From Coriobacteriales bacterium (GTDB lineage: Bacteria; Actinomycetota; Coriobacteriia; Coriobacteriales; QAMH01), in contig JBJEHM010000096.1 of NCBI GenBank assembly GCA_051876075.1, positions 45,139 through 109,138 on the forward strand: a stretch of 64,000 nt of DNA, read 5' to 3'. The notes below the pieces were generated by a model. It saw only the letters and a program-made list of their open reading frames with translations. It ran no database searches and was not told the DNA's origin. The translations under genes and the position numbers were made by a program. Shown here piece by piece: positions 29,626-39,473 of this stretch (position 1 is its first letter; every line of letters starts with the position of its first letter).

Positions 29626-30969
29626 ATGAGTGCTGACACGGGCCGTACATACATCTGCATCGACCTCAAGTCCTTCTACGCCAGCGTCGAGTGCGCTGAG
29701 AGGGGCCTCGACCCGTTTACCACCAACCTCGTGGTGGCAGACCCAGAGCGCACGGACAAGACCATCTGCCTGGCCATCACGCCTGCCATGAAGGAGCTGG
29801 GCATACGCAACCGCTGCAGGGTCTTCGAGATACCAGATGACCTGGACTACCTCATCATCAAACCGCGCATGCGGCACTACATGGAGGTCAGCGCCCAGAT
29901 CTACAGCATCTACCTGCGCTTCATTGCGCCAGAGGACATCCACGTCTACTCGATTGACGAGTGTTTCATCGATGCCACCCCCTATCTCGAGCTCTACGGC
30001 ATGCAGGCTCGCGATCTGGCGCGCATGCTCATGGACGAGGTCTTTGCAGAGACGCGTATCACGGCCACAGCGGGCATCGGCACCAACCTCTTCCTGTGCA
30101 AGCTGGCGCTCGACATCACAGCCAAGCACGTGGAAGACGGCATCGGCTTTCTGGACGACGCGGAGTTTCACCGCAGCATCTGGAACCACCGACCCATCAC
30201 AGACATCTGGAACATAGGCCCCGGTATAGCAAACCGCCTGCTCAAATACGGGGTCAAGGACCTCGAGGGCGTGGCCAAGCTGCCGCCTTCGGTGCTCTAC
30301 GCGGAGTTTGGGGTCAACGCGGAGTTTCTCATCGACCACGCCCACGGCATCGAGCCCTGCACCATCGCAGACATCCACGCCTACGAGCCCCAGGGCTCGA
30401 GCCTTACCAACGGCCAGGTGCTCATGTGCGACTACAGCTTTGAGGAAGGGCTCATGGTGCTGCGCGAGATGACGGAGGCCAGCGTGCTCGAGCTGGTGGA
30501 GAAGCGCTTGGTGACAGATCACATCTCGCTTTACGTGGGTTATGCGCGCAACAGCGCCGGCCTGGGTCAGGGGGAGCAGGGCCGCTGGTTCGAAGGCGGG
30601 CACGGCAGGCGTCAGGTTGGGCCGGGGAGAAACGGAGACCACGGCGGGGGCTCGCGCCGCATCCAGGAGAGGACCAACTCCTTTGCCAAGCTCTGGCCGC
30701 GCATGGAAGAGCTCTACCGCCAGACGGTGGACCCCTCGAGGCTCCTGCGCCGGGTGAACATGGGCTTTGGCAACCTGCTCGACGAGGACTGCGCCACGCT
30801 CGACCTCTTCACCAGCCAAGAGGAGCTGGAGCGCGAGCGCTCGCTGGCACAGGCGCAGATCGCCATCAAGGAAAAATACGGGAAGAACGCCGTGTTCAAG
30901 GCCTCGAGCCTGCAGGAAAAAGCTACTGGCAGACAACGGAACGAGCAAGTGGGCGGTCACAGCGCGTAG
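29626..30969 (+). CDS. Y-family DNA polymerase (UvrX/ImpB/DinB-like translesion polymerase)
   Basis: YICIDLKSFYASVECAERGLDP...LVVADPERTDKTICLAITPAMKELG...YSIDECFID... are the palm-domain motifs of Y-family polymerases of the Gram-positive UvrX/YqjW type. Confidence 0.9.
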   Translation: MSADTGRTYICIDLKSFYASVECAERGLDPFTTNLVVADPERTDKTICLAITPAMKELGIRNRCRVFEIPDDLDYLIIKPRMRHYMEVSAQIYSIYLRFIAPEDIHVYSIDECFIDATPYLELYGMQARDLARMLMDEVFAETRITATAGIGTNLFLCKLALDITAKHVEDGIGFLDDAEFHRSIWNHRPITDIWNIGPGIANRLLKYGVKDLEGVAKLPPSVLYAEFGVNAEFLIDHAHGIEPCTIADIHAYEPQGSSLTNGQVLMCDYSFEEGLMVLREMTEASVLELVEKRLVTDHISLYVGYARNSAGLGQGEQGRWFEGGHGRRQVGPGRNGDHGGGSRRIQERTNSFAKLWPRMEELYRQTVDPSRLLRRVNMGFGNLLDEDCATLDLFTSQEELERERSLAQAQIAIKEKYGKNAVFKASSLQEKATGRQRNEQVGGHSA

Positions 30970-31002
30970 TATGTACGCCAACACCGTAGAGAAGGAGCAA
31001 CC

Positions 31003-31716
31003 GTGGCAATTGACGAAGAGACCCTCCGCGCGCATTTGGACGACCCCCAGGTGCGCCGTGCCTGGAACATCCCCGCAGCCAACCGCTATGCCAAGATCTG
31101 CGCCGTGGTGCACATCGTGGCACTCGTTGCCATGGTGGTCGGTCTGATCGCCTACTTCGCCTTGGCAGACCGCGCCTTCGTGGCCAACCGCCCCTCTGGC
31201 ATGATCATCGTGGTCGTGCTGGCCTTTGCGGTGAGCATCATGCGCTTCCCCCAGCTCAGGGCAGAGATCCGCGACTTGGCGGACTTCAAGATCGGTTTGG
31301 CCAAGGTACTCAACGGCCAGGACGCCCACGATGTAGAGGCTCAGATGAACTACGAGGCGAGCTACCTGTGGCCCTCGCGCCATTACAGCGTCATCGCCAA
31401 GATGGCGGGCGTCACTGCCTTCATCGTCTTGATCATCAACACCTACCAGGTTGCCAACCTCGACCTCTTCCGCACTATTGTCTTCGACCTCGCCATCGTG
31501 TCCTACCTGGCCGGTGCCCTGTGGAACAACTTCGCCTTCAAGGCAGAGCTGCTCGAAGCCGAGCTCGAGGTCCGCATGCGCGCATCGCTGGAGTACCGCG
31601 AGCGCGACCCCGAGGGCTATGACGCCCAGTACAACGAGCCGGATGGCTACACAGACGCGGACATCGACTACTCCGCCGCCCCGCGCGATCCCCGCAGCGG
31701 GCAGGACGAGCGCTAG
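31003..31716 (+). CDS. Hypothetical integral membrane protein (4 TM) within the polymerase cassette
   Basis: It starts 33 nt after the polymerase gene and ends 6 nt before the YolD-like gene. TM segments include ICAVVHIVALVAMVVGLIAYFAL, MIIVVVLAFAVSIM, VTAFIVLIINTY and IVFDLAIVSYLAGALW. The C-terminal tail is acidic. Confidence 0.65.
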   Translation: MAIDEETLRAHLDDPQVRRAWNIPAANRYAKICAVVHIVALVAMVVGLIAYFALADRAFVANRPSGMIIVVVLAFAVSIMRFPQLRAEIRDLADFKIGLAKVLNGQDAHDVEAQMNYEASYLWPSRHYSVIAKMAGVTAFIVLIINTYQVANLDLFRTIVFDLAIVSYLAGALWNNFAFKAELLEAELEVRMRASLEYRERDPEGYDAQYNEPDGYTDADIDYSAAPRDPRSGQDER

Positions 31717-31722
31717 GCACCC

Positions 31723-32091
31723 GTGTCTGCGCAGCGCGACATCGGCTTTGCCCCCGCCGTGCCTCGCGCAGAGCGGGCGCGGCAGTTCATGCCCTTCATG
31801 GCGCTCAAGGGCTACTACGAGCTCTGCCGCCAGAAGGAGCGCTGCCCTTCTCCTCGCCGGGAGCTTACGGAGGAGGAGGCGCTCGGGCTTTCCCAAGTGG
31901 TGGCCTCGCTCTCGAAGGGGGACATGGTGCAGGTCACCTTCTACGACCATGACGCCTATGTCATCCGCCAGGGGGTTCTGGCAGAGCTTGTTCCCGAGCT
32001 GCACTACTTGCGCTTGGTGCGCCAGCGCATAGACTTTGACGACATCTTGGCCATCGAGCCGGTGGGGGAGGACCCGCATCGTCTGCGCTAG
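31723..32091 (+). CDS. YolD-like protein (accessory factor of Gram-positive Y-family polymerases)
   Basis: ...RARQFMPFMALKGYYE...L.EEEA..LS....L.KGD.V.V.FY... and the ~120-aa size fit the YolD-like family. The start codon is GTG. Confidence 0.75.
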   Translation: MSAQRDIGFAPAVPRAERARQFMPFMALKGYYELCRQKERCPSPRRELTEEEALGLSQVVASLSKGDMVQVTFYDHDAYVIRQGVLAELVPELHYLRLVRQRIDFDDILAIEPVGEDPHRLR

Positions 32092-32128
32092 CGTGTTGAA
32101 CGTTGGCAAAATAATTGAAAAAAACTGC

Positions 32129-32155
32129 TTGCAGGACCTTGGACAGACGTATACT
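32129..32155 (+). promoter_or_regulatory. Candidate promoter of the ilv operon
   Basis: TTGCAG (32129-32134) and TATACT (32150-32155) with a short 15-16-nt spacer. An A-rich UP-like tract (AAAATAATTGAAAAAAA) lies upstream. Confidence 0.4.
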
Positions 32156-32159
32156 CAGG

Positions 32160-32416
32160 CCTTGTACGCAGATCTGCGTTGATGGGTACCGGTGGGAGCC
32201 AATCCGTTGCTACGCCATTCGCGGCAACGGACGATCCGCATCAAGCCCGGAGCAGTCTGGTTGGGGCTAGCCCCGCAGGCGGACGATCTCCGCTGTGTAG
32301 GCTGGCCGGATGCCGGATCGGTTGGGTAACCGCAATCTGTCGCGTGCATGCACCTGATGCTCATGCGGCTCATCCTTACTCGCCTTCCGGCTTGAGAGAA
32401 AGGATGGGCTTTTTTA
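32160..32416 (+). promoter_or_regulatory. Structured 5' leader / transcription attenuator of ilvDBNC (riboregulator class unresolved, T-box-like features)
   Basis: The leader is about 255 nt and has no plausible ORF. It forms multiple helices, for example TTGATG (32179-32184) / CATCAA (32239-32244) enclosing CCGTTGC/GCAACGG. It ends in a strong hairpin at 32368-32409 plus TTTTTT, immediately 5' of the ilvD ATG. A GGTTGGGTAACCGC element at 32319-32332 loosely resembles the T-box core. Confidence 0.6.
32368..32416 (+). terminator. Intrinsic terminator of the ilv leader (attenuator)
   Basis: GCTCATCCTT (32368-32377) pairs with AAGGATGGGC (32400-32409) and there is an inner GCC/GGC helix. A TTTTTTAA run follows. 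The 3' arm also covers the only purine-rich, SD-like sequence. Confidence 0.75.
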
Positions 32417-34078
32417 ATGAGAAGCGACCAGATTAAGAAAGGCCTGGCCCGCGCACCGCATCGCAGCCTGCTCAAGGCAGACGGCCTCACTGACGAGGAG
32501 CTCGAGCGCCCCCTCGTGGCGATCATCAGCTCTGCCAACGACATCATCCCCGGCCACCTTCACCTGCAACGCATCGTCGACGATGTGAAGGCAGGCATCC
32601 GCATGGCCGGCGGCACGCCCTTCTGCATGACCACCATCGGCGTGTGCGACGGCATCGCCATGAACCACGAGGGCATGCACTATTCGCTCACCAGCCGCGA
32701 GGTCATCGCCGACTCCGTTGAGTGCGCGGTGCAGGGCCACGCCTTCGACGCGGTGGTGCTCGTCCCCGCCTGCGACAAGATCGTCCCCGGCATGATCATG
32801 GGCGCCCTGCGCCTCAACCTCCCCACGGTGCTCGTCTCTGGCGGCCCCATGCTGGCCGGCCACTCCCGCGACCGCAAGCATCAGACGGACCTCAACTCCC
32901 TCTTCGACGCCGTGGGCCAGGTTACCGCCGGCACCATGACCGAGGAGGAGTGCAAGTGGATCGAGGAGACCGCCTGCCCCACCTGCGGTAGCTGCTCGGG
33001 CATGTTCACCGCAAACTCCATCTGCTGCCTTTCCGAGGCGCTGGGCATCGCCCTGCCGGGCAACGGCACCATCCCCGCTGTCTACTCCGCGCGCGACCGC
33101 CTGGCCAAGGAGGCCGGCATGAAGGTCATGGAGCTCATCGAGAAGGACATCCGCATCAAGGACGTCATCACCCCGGCGGCCATCCGCAACGGCATGGCGC
33201 TCGACATGGCCTTTGGCGGTTCCACCAACACCATGCTGCACCTCACTGCCATCGCGGCTACCGCTGGCTGCCCTGTCACCCTCGAGACCTGGGACGAGGT
33301 CTGCGCGGCCACGCCCAACATCACCCGCATCGCGCCTGCCGGCCCGCTGCACATCGAGGACCTCAACGCCGTGGGCGGTGTCTCTGCGATCATCGGCGAG
33401 CTGGGCCGCAACGGTGTGCTCGACCGCAGCGCCCTCACCATCCACGGCACCATGGGCGAGTGGATCGACTCCTGCCCGCCTGTCGACGGAGAGATCGTCC
33501 GCAGCTGTGCGGATGCGTACTCGCCTGACGGTGGCCTCAAGGTCATGCGCGGCAACCTCGCCCCAGACGGCGCCGTCGTGAAGAAGTCCGCCGTTGCCCC
33601 GGAGATGATGCAGTTCACGGGCACTGCCCGCGTCTTCGAGTGCGAGCAGGACGCCTGCGAGGCCATCTTGGGAGGCCAGATCAAGCCCGGCAACGTCATC
33701 GTGATCCGCTACGAGGGGCCTGCCGGCGGCCCCGGCATGCGCGAGATGCTCGCGCCCACCAGCCATGTGTGCGGCATGGGCTTGGACAAGTCCGTCGCGC
33801 TGATCACCGACGGGCGCTTCTCCGGCGCCACCAAGGGTCCCGCCATCGGCCACGTGTCGCCGGAAGCCGCTGCGGGCGGCACCATCGCGCTCGTCAAAGA
33901 GGGCGACCGCATCGTCATCGACATCGAGAAGGGCGAGCTCAGCTTGGATGTTCCCGAAGACGAGCTGGAAGCTCGCCGCGCGGCTTGGGTCAAGCCCGAG
34001 CCCCGCTACACCACAGGCGTGCTCGGCCGCTATGCCAAGCTCGTCACGTCTGCTGATAAGGGGGCGATTCTTCAGTGA
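32417..34078 (+). CDS. ilvD: Dihydroxy-acid dehydratase
   Basis: [23 protein letters not shown]...CDKIVPGM...[15 protein letters not shown]...[19 protein letters not shown] are classic IlvD motifs. Confidence 0.96.
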   Translation: MRSDQIKKGLARAPHRSLLKADGLTDEELERPLVAIISSANDIIPGHLHLQRIVDDVKAGIRMAGGTPFCMTTIGVCDGIAMNHEGMHYSLTSREVIADSVECAVQGHAFDAVVLVPACDKIVPGMIMGALRLNLPTVLVSGGPMLAGHSRDRKHQTDLNSLFDAVGQVTAGTMTEEECKWIEETACPTCGSCSGMFTANSICCLSEALGIALPGNGTIPAVYSARDRLAKEAGMKVMELIEKDIRIKDVITPAAIRNGMALDMAFGGSTNTMLHLTAIAATAGCPVTLETWDEVCAATPNITRIAPAGPLHIEDLNAVGGVSAIIGELGRNGVLDRSALTIHGTMGEWIDSCPPVDGEIVRSCADAYSPDGGLKVMRGNLAPDGAVVKKSAVAPEMMQFTGTARVFECEQDACEAILGGQIKPGNVIVIRYEGPAGGPGMREMLAPTSHVCGMGLDKSVALITDGRFSGATKGPAIGHVSPEAAAGGTIALVKEGDRIVIDIEKGELSLDVPEDELEARRAAWVKPEPRYTTGVLGRYAKLVTSADKGAILQ

Positions 34079-35820
34079 GTGAGCACAACGGACAGATGAT
34101 GCAGGGCAACCGCGCCCTCATCACCGCGCTGGAAGACACCGGCGTTGACACGATCTTCGGGTATCCCGGCGGCCAGGCCATCCTTATCTACGATGCCCTC
34201 TATGACAGCACCAAGCTGCACCACATCCTGGTGCGCCATGAGCAGGGCGCCACCCATGCGGCAGACGGCTACGCGCGCTCTACCGGAAAGACCGGCACCG
34301 TCATCGTGACCTCCGGCCCCGGCGCCACCAACACCGTCACCGGCATCGCCACCGCCTACATGGACTCCGTCCCCATGGTGGTCATCTGCGGGCAGGTGCC
34401 CCTGAGCGCCCTGGGCAGCGACGCCTTCCAGGAAAGCGACATCACCGGCATCACCATGCCCATCGTCAAGCACAGCTACCTCATCCGCAAGGCAGAGGAC
34501 ATCCCCCGCGTGGTGGCGGAGGCCTACCATATCGCCAGCACCGGCCGCCCCGGCCCCGTGGTCATCGACATGCCCAGTAACCTGCTGCGAGAGACCATCG
34601 AGTACCAGTACCCGGACGAGGTCAAGCTCCCCAGCTACAAGCCCACCTACAAGGGCAACAACAAGCAGGTCAAGCAGGCCGTCAAGTCCCTGCTGGATGC
34701 AGAGCGCCCCGTCATCTACTGCGGCGGCGGCGTCCTGTGGAGCCATGCGTGCCAAGACATCATGAAGCTCTCTGACACCCTGCAGATCCCGGCTGTCGTG
34801 AGCCTCATGGGCAAGGGCGTCTTCCACGAAGACAAGGAGCTGTGCCTGGGGCTGCCCGGCATGCACGGCTCTAAGGCGGCGAACATGGCCCTCTACGAGA
34901 GCGACCTCATCTTCGCCGTGGGCACGCGCTTTGCAGACCGCGTCACGGGCGCCCTGGACAAGTTCGCTCCCAACGCCTCTGTGGTCCACATCGACATCGA
35001 CCCGGCAGAGATCGGCAAGAACCGCAACGCGGACATCCCCATCGTGGGCGATGCCAAGATCGTCTTGAGCGCCATCAACGAGGAGCTCGACAAGCTCGCT
35101 CCCGAGCCCCGCACCGCCGCATGGGTCGAGAGGGTCCTGCAGTGGAAGCGCGAGAGCCCCTTCTACTACGAGCCGCGCGAGGACGCCATCCTGCCCGAGC
35201 AGGTGCTCGACATGCTCAACACCATGGCCAAGGACCGCGACACCATCTTTGCCACTGAGGTGGGTCAGCACCAGATGTGGGCCGCCCAGTATCTCAAGTG
35301 CACGCGCAGCCGCACCTTCCTCAGCAGCGGCGGAGCGGGCACCATGGGCTTTGGCCTGCCGGCGGCGATGGGTGCGCAGGCCGGCAAACCGGACAGTCGC
35401 GTGGTGTGCATCGCCGGAGACGGCTCCGTTCAGATGAACATCCAGGAGCTCGCCACCATGCGCGAGAACAACCTCCCGGTCAAGTTGCTCATTCTCAACA
35501 ACAACTGCCTGGGCATGGTGCACCAGTGGCAGCAGCTGCTGTACAACCAGCGCTACTCCAACACCATCTTCAGTGCCAACCCAGACTTTGTGAAGCTGGC
35601 CGAGGCCTACGGCTGGGAGGGTGCGCGCGTCACCAAGCCCCACGAGCTCGAGGCCGCCATGCGCGCCTGGCTCGACAGCGATCAACCGTCCTTGCTCGAG
35701 GTCAAGATCCCCGCGTCAGAGAACGTCTATCCCATGATCCCTGCCGGCAAGGCCGTCACAGACATGATCGGTGTTGTGACGCTGGACGAGAACGGCAACA
35801 AGATCGAGAAGGGGGAGTAA
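34075..35820 (+). CDS. ilvB: Acetolactate synthase (AHAS) large subunit
   Basis: ...[20 protein letters not shown]...[17 protein letters not shown]...TSGPGATN... plus the ThDP motif [14 protein letters not shown]...NN. GTG 34075 overlaps the ilvD stop codon. ATG 34096 is an alternative start. Confidence 0.95.
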   Translation: MSEHNGQMMQGNRALITALEDTGVDTIFGYPGGQAILIYDALYDSTKLHHILVRHEQGATHAADGYARSTGKTGTVIVTSGPGATNTVTGIATAYMDSVPMVVICGQVPLSALGSDAFQESDITGITMPIVKHSYLIRKAEDIPRVVAEAYHIASTGRPGPVVIDMPSNLLRETIEYQYPDEVKLPSYKPTYKGNNKQVKQAVKSLLDAERPVIYCGGGVLWSHACQDIMKLSDTLQIPAVVSLMGKGVFHEDKELCLGLPGMHGSKAANMALYESDLIFAVGTRFADRVTGALDKFAPNASVVHIDIDPAEIGKNRNADIPIVGDAKIVLSAINEELDKLAPEPRTAAWVERVLQWKRESPFYYEPREDAILPEQVLDMLNTMAKDRDTIFATEVGQHQMWAAQYLKCTRSRTFLSSGGAGTMGFGLPAAMGAQAGKPDSRVVCIAGDGSVQMNIQELATMRENNLPVKLLILNNNCLGMVHQWQQLLYNQRYSNTIFSANPDFVKLAEAYGWEGARVTKPHELEAAMRAWLDSDQPSLLEVKIPASENVYPMIPAGKAVTDMIGVVTLDENGNKIEKGE

Positions 35821-35822
35821 GC

Positions 35823-36299
35823 ATGTCACGCACGCTTTCCATCCTTGTGGACAACGAGCCCGGTGTGCTGACTCGCGTTGCCGGTCTGGTCGCCCGCCGC
35901 GGCTTCAACATCGACAGCCTGGCCGTGGGGCGCACCGAGGATCCCACCCGCTCGCGCATCACGCTGGTGGTCGATGCCGACGAGACTGCCGTCGAGCAGG
36001 TCACCAAGCAGCTGCACAAGCTGGTGAACGTCTACAAGATCAACGACCTCACTGAAGAGGCCCACATCGACCGAGAGCTCGTGCTCTTCAAGGTCAACGT
36101 CGATCCAGCCCGACGCCATGAGGTCATAGAGATCTGCAACGTCTTCCGCGCGAACATCGTCGACGTGGCGTCGACCAGTCTCACGGTCGAGGCGACCGGC
36201 ACAGACGACAAGCTCGTTGCAATGGAAGACATGTTCCGAGCCTACGGCATCAAGGAGATCGTCCGCACGGGCAAGATCGCCCTCAGCCGCGGCAACTAG
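35823..36299 (+). CDS. ilvN: Acetolactate synthase small (regulatory) subunit
   Basis: MSRTLSILVDNEPGVLTRVAGLVARRGFNIDSLAVG.TED...SRITLVV is the canonical ACT-domain N-terminus of IlvN/IlvH. It starts 2 nt after ilvB. Confidence 0.94.
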   Translation: MSRTLSILVDNEPGVLTRVAGLVARRGFNIDSLAVGRTEDPTRSRITLVVDADETAVEQVTKQLHKLVNVYKINDLTEEAHIDRELVLFKVNVDPARRHEVIEICNVFRANIVDVASTSLTVEATGTDDKLVAMEDMFRAYGIKEIVRTGKIALSRGN

Positions 36300-36474
36300 G
36301 GCCGTGAAGGGAAGGAGGCACTGGGCGCTCTCCTTCCTTGCAACCCTTGACAGGTGAGCTCAGGGAAAAGCTGGGAACAACGCCTGTTGAGAAGCGTACA
36401 ATAGCGCCCATTACCGTTGAGCAGACCTCCTGGCACAGGGCCGGGAGCGCTGATAGATGAAAGGAAGCTTCGTA

Positions 36475-37467
36475 ATGGCAATCACGATCCTTTACGAACA
36501 GGATGTCAATCCCGAGGTCATCAAGGGCAAGAAGGTGGCCATCATCGGCTACGGCTCTCAGGGCCATGCACATGCACTCAACCTGCACGACTCTGGCGTC
36601 GACGTGCGCGTCGGCCTGCGCGAGGGCTCCAAGAACTGGGCTGTCGCCGAGGAAGCCGGCCTCAAGGTCATGACCATGGACGATGCTGCCGAGGAAGCAG
36701 ACGTCATCATGATGCTCGTCCCTGACGAGATGCAGCCCAAGGTGTACAAGGAGCACATCGAGGCCCATCTGCACGAGGGCGACACCCTGGCATTCGGCCA
36801 CGGCTTCAACATCCACTACGGCTATATCAAGGCCCCCGAGAACGTCAACGTCATCATGTGCGCCCCCAAGGGTCCCGGCCACATCGTCCGCCGTCAGTTC
36901 ACCGAGGGCTCCGGCGTGCCCGACCTCATCTGCGTGTACCAGGACGCCACCGGTGACGCCTGGGAGATTGCCCGCTCCTACGCCTGGGGCGTTGGCGGTG
37001 CCCGTACCGGCATCATGGAGGGCACCTTCGCCCAGGAGACCGAAGAGGACCTTTTCGGCGAGCAGGCCGTTCTCTGCGGCGGCTGCGTCGAGCTGGTCAA
37101 GGCCGGTTTCGACACCCTGGTCAACTACGGCGGCTACCCGCCCGAACTCGCCTACTTCGAGGTCTACCACGAGCTCAAGATGATCGTGGACCTGATGTAC
37201 GAGAAGGGCATCGGCTTCATGAACTACTCCATCTCCAACACCGCTGAGTACGGCGAGTACTATGCCGGACCCAAGGTCATCAACGAGCAGTCCCGCGAGG
37301 CCATGAAGCTCATTCTCGACCGCATCAAGAATGGCGAGTTTGCCAAGGAGTTTGTGGCGGACTGCGAGAACGACCACAAGTGGCTGCTCGAGCAGCGCGC
37401 AGCTTGCGACGACCTGCTGATCGAGAAGACCGGCAAGGAAGTCCGCAAGATGTTCTCCTGGCTCTAG
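36475..37467 (+). CDS. ilvC: Ketol-acid reductoisomerase
   Basis: ...[26 protein letters not shown]... and ...ISNTAEYG.Y... are present. ATG 36475 follows GAAAGGAAG, and 36457 is an alternative start. Confidence 0.95.
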   Translation: MAITILYEQDVNPEVIKGKKVAIIGYGSQGHAHALNLHDSGVDVRVGLREGSKNWAVAEEAGLKVMTMDDAAEEADVIMMLVPDEMQPKVYKEHIEAHLHEGDTLAFGHGFNIHYGYIKAPENVNVIMCAPKGPGHIVRRQFTEGSGVPDLICVYQDATGDAWEIARSYAWGVGGARTGIMEGTFAQETEEDLFGEQAVLCGGCVELVKAGFDTLVNYGGYPPELAYFEVYHELKMIVDLMYEKGIGFMNYSISNTAEYGEYYAGPKVINEQSREAMKLILDRIKNGEFAKEFVADCENDHKWLLEQRAACDDLLIEKTGKEVRKMFSWL

Positions 37468-37503
37468 GCTGCGGCTTAGTGCTGAGTTAGCGCAACTGGG
37501 GGA

Positions 37504-37569
37504 GTCCCGGGCGGCGAGCCCGGGACCCTCTGTTGGGAGCGGGCTGGAGCAAGCCCCCTCCCAACAGAG
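37504..37569 (+). terminator. Tandem GC-rich hairpins after ilvC (possible terminator without a U-tract)
   Basis: GTCCCGGGC/GCCCGGGAC forms a 9-bp stem and CTCTGTTGGGAG/CTCCCAACAGAG forms a 12-bp stem. No T-run follows, so the function is uncertain. Confidence 0.4.
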
Positions 37570-37682
37570 CAGCAACAGCTCTGCGGAAGATGAAGTGAGC
37601 GGCTCCGGCCGCGAGCAAGCCTGCGTGCAAGTAGTTCCGACCAACGCCCAGGCAAGCCCATTGACTGAAAGGAAGTTGCGCT

Positions 37683-39263
37683 ATGAAGGTTCTCATCCCA
37701 GAGAAGCTCGCCAAGGAGGGCATCGCCGTACTGGAGGATGCCGGTTGCCAGGTCACGTTCAAGCCTGACACCACGCCGGAGGAGCTCGTCGAGCTCATCC
37801 CCGACTACGACGGCCTCATCGTTCGCTCTGCGACCACGGTCACCCGCGAGGTGATCGAGGCTGGCACCAAGCTCAAGGTTATCGGCCGTGCCGGCGTGGG
37901 CGTCGACAACATCGATTCCGATGCTGCAACCGAGCGCGGCATCATCGTCTGCAACGCCCCTACCTCCAACGTGGTCTCTGCAGCAGAGCAGACCATGGCC
38001 CTGATGCTGGCGGTGGCTCGCAAGACGGCTATCGCAGACGCCTCCATGAAGGCGGGTAACTGGAACCGCTCCAAGTTCACCGGTGTCGAGCTCCAGGACA
38101 AGACCCTCGCCGTCTTCGGCTTGGGCCGTGTTGGCATGCTCGTCGCCGAGCGCGCCAAGGCCTTTGGCATGAAGATCGCCGGCTACGACCCCTATGTCAC
38201 CCCCGAGCGCGCCGCATCCATGGGCGTCGAGCTCTACACGGATGTCAACGAGCTCTGCAAGGTGGGCGACTTCATCACCGTCCACATGCCCAAGACCAAG
38301 GAGACCACGGGCATGTTCGGCGCAGACCAGTACGCGCTCATGAAGGACGGCGTCATCCTCGTCAACTGCGCTCGCGGCGGCATCATGGACATCGAGGCCA
38401 TGGCCGGCTTCCTCGAGAGCGGCAAGATCGGCGGTGCGGGCATCGACGTCTGGGAGCACGAACCCGTGTCTGACAGCCCCATCCACGGCTTTGACAACGT
38501 CGTTCTCACCCCGCACCTGGGCGCTTCTACCAAGGAAGCCCAGATTCGCGCGGCAACGCAGATCGCCGAGTACGTCATCGCCGGCATGCAGGGCAAGGCG
38601 GTTCCCACGGTTGTCAACTCCGCCCGCATCCCTGAGCAGGTCATGGAGCACCTGCGTCCCTATATCGGAGCTGCCCAGACCGCTGCGGACATGGCGGCCC
38701 AGATCTCCAGCGCAGCCATCTCCGGCGTTTCTGTCAAGGCTTGCGGGCGCATCGCCTCCGAGGACCCGAGCGTCCTTGGCACCGCGGCGCTGGCCGGTGT
38801 GGTGCAGTTTGGCTCCGAGGTCCCCGTCAACGTCATCAACGCGCGCTACCTGGCCGAGCAGCGCGGTATCAGCGTCGAGACCGCTGTCGAGCCGGTTTCC
38901 GAGAGCTACCCCTCGTATGTGGAGGTCACGACCCGCTCCGCAGAGGGCGAAGTCATGATCACCGCTGCGACTGCCCCGGCAGACAAGGTGCGCATCACCT
39001 CCATCCTGGGCTATGACGTCGACTTCATCCCCGGCAAGAACGTCATCATCCTGCAGTATGTTGACGGCCCCGGCCGCATGGGCAAGCTCGGCACCGTCTT
39101 GGGCAACGCCGGCGTCAACATCGAGACCATGCAGATCTCCGTCCGCCCAGACAGCAACATCGCCACGGTTCTCTTCAATGTGGACCGCGCCGTCTCTGGC
39201 CGCATCCAGACCGACCTCAAGAACGTGGTCGATGCCAAGAGCGCCTGGTTCCTCGAGCTCTAG
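37683..39263 (+). CDS. serA: D-3-phosphoglycerate dehydrogenase (long form with ASB/ACT domains)
   Basis: The Rossmann motif is GLGRVG. The catalytic region reads ...NCARGG...PHLGAST.EAQ. The ~526-aa length with a C-terminal ACT domain (...NVIILQYVDGPGRMGKLGTVLG..GVNI) fits the long form. Confidence 0.93.
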   Translation: MKVLIPEKLAKEGIAVLEDAGCQVTFKPDTTPEELVELIPDYDGLIVRSATTVTREVIEAGTKLKVIGRAGVGVDNIDSDAATERGIIVCNAPTSNVVSAAEQTMALMLAVARKTAIADASMKAGNWNRSKFTGVELQDKTLAVFGLGRVGMLVAERAKAFGMKIAGYDPYVTPERAASMGVELYTDVNELCKVGDFITVHMPKTKETTGMFGADQYALMKDGVILVNCARGGIMDIEAMAGFLESGKIGGAGIDVWEHEPVSDSPIHGFDNVVLTPHLGASTKEAQIRAATQIAEYVIAGMQGKAVPTVVNSARIPEQVMEHLRPYIGAAQTAADMAAQISSAAISGVSVKACGRIASEDPSVLGTAALAGVVQFGSEVPVNVINARYLAEQRGISVETAVEPVSESYPSYVEVTTRSAEGEVMITAATAPADKVRITSILGYDVDFIPGKNVIILQYVDGPGRMGKLGTVLGNAGVNIETMQISVRPDSNIATVLFNVDRAVSGRIQTDLKNVVDAKSAWFLEL

Positions 39264-39473
39264 GAGCATAGAGCGCGCCGTAAGGGGGCAGGGCCGGGAG
39301 CGCATCCCAGCCCCGCCCTTTGCTTTGTAGGGGCCTTTGGGAGCCGTCACCGGGATTTTACGGAGAATGTGCCGCCAAAAGCCGCTGCTCTGGTTGTTGC
39401 GGCCCCCTTTTCCTCTATTCTGCATAGCGCAGTTTGAAACGAACTCGAAACCATCGAGCAACGGAGGAATCCC

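Noticed and set aside
29578-32109. 843-aa minus-strand ORF. The same applies to the 803-aa ORF at 59606-62017, the 475-aa ORF at 6100-7527 and the 479-aa ORF at 32414-33853
   Set aside because: All are antisense shadows of well-supported + strand genes (polymerase cassette, secA, activase fusion, ilvD).
35277-35822. Long ORF 35277-36299 as an extended ilvN
   Set aside because: The 5' part lies in an alternative frame inside ilvB. Authentic IlvN begins at MSRTLSILVDNEPGVL (35823).
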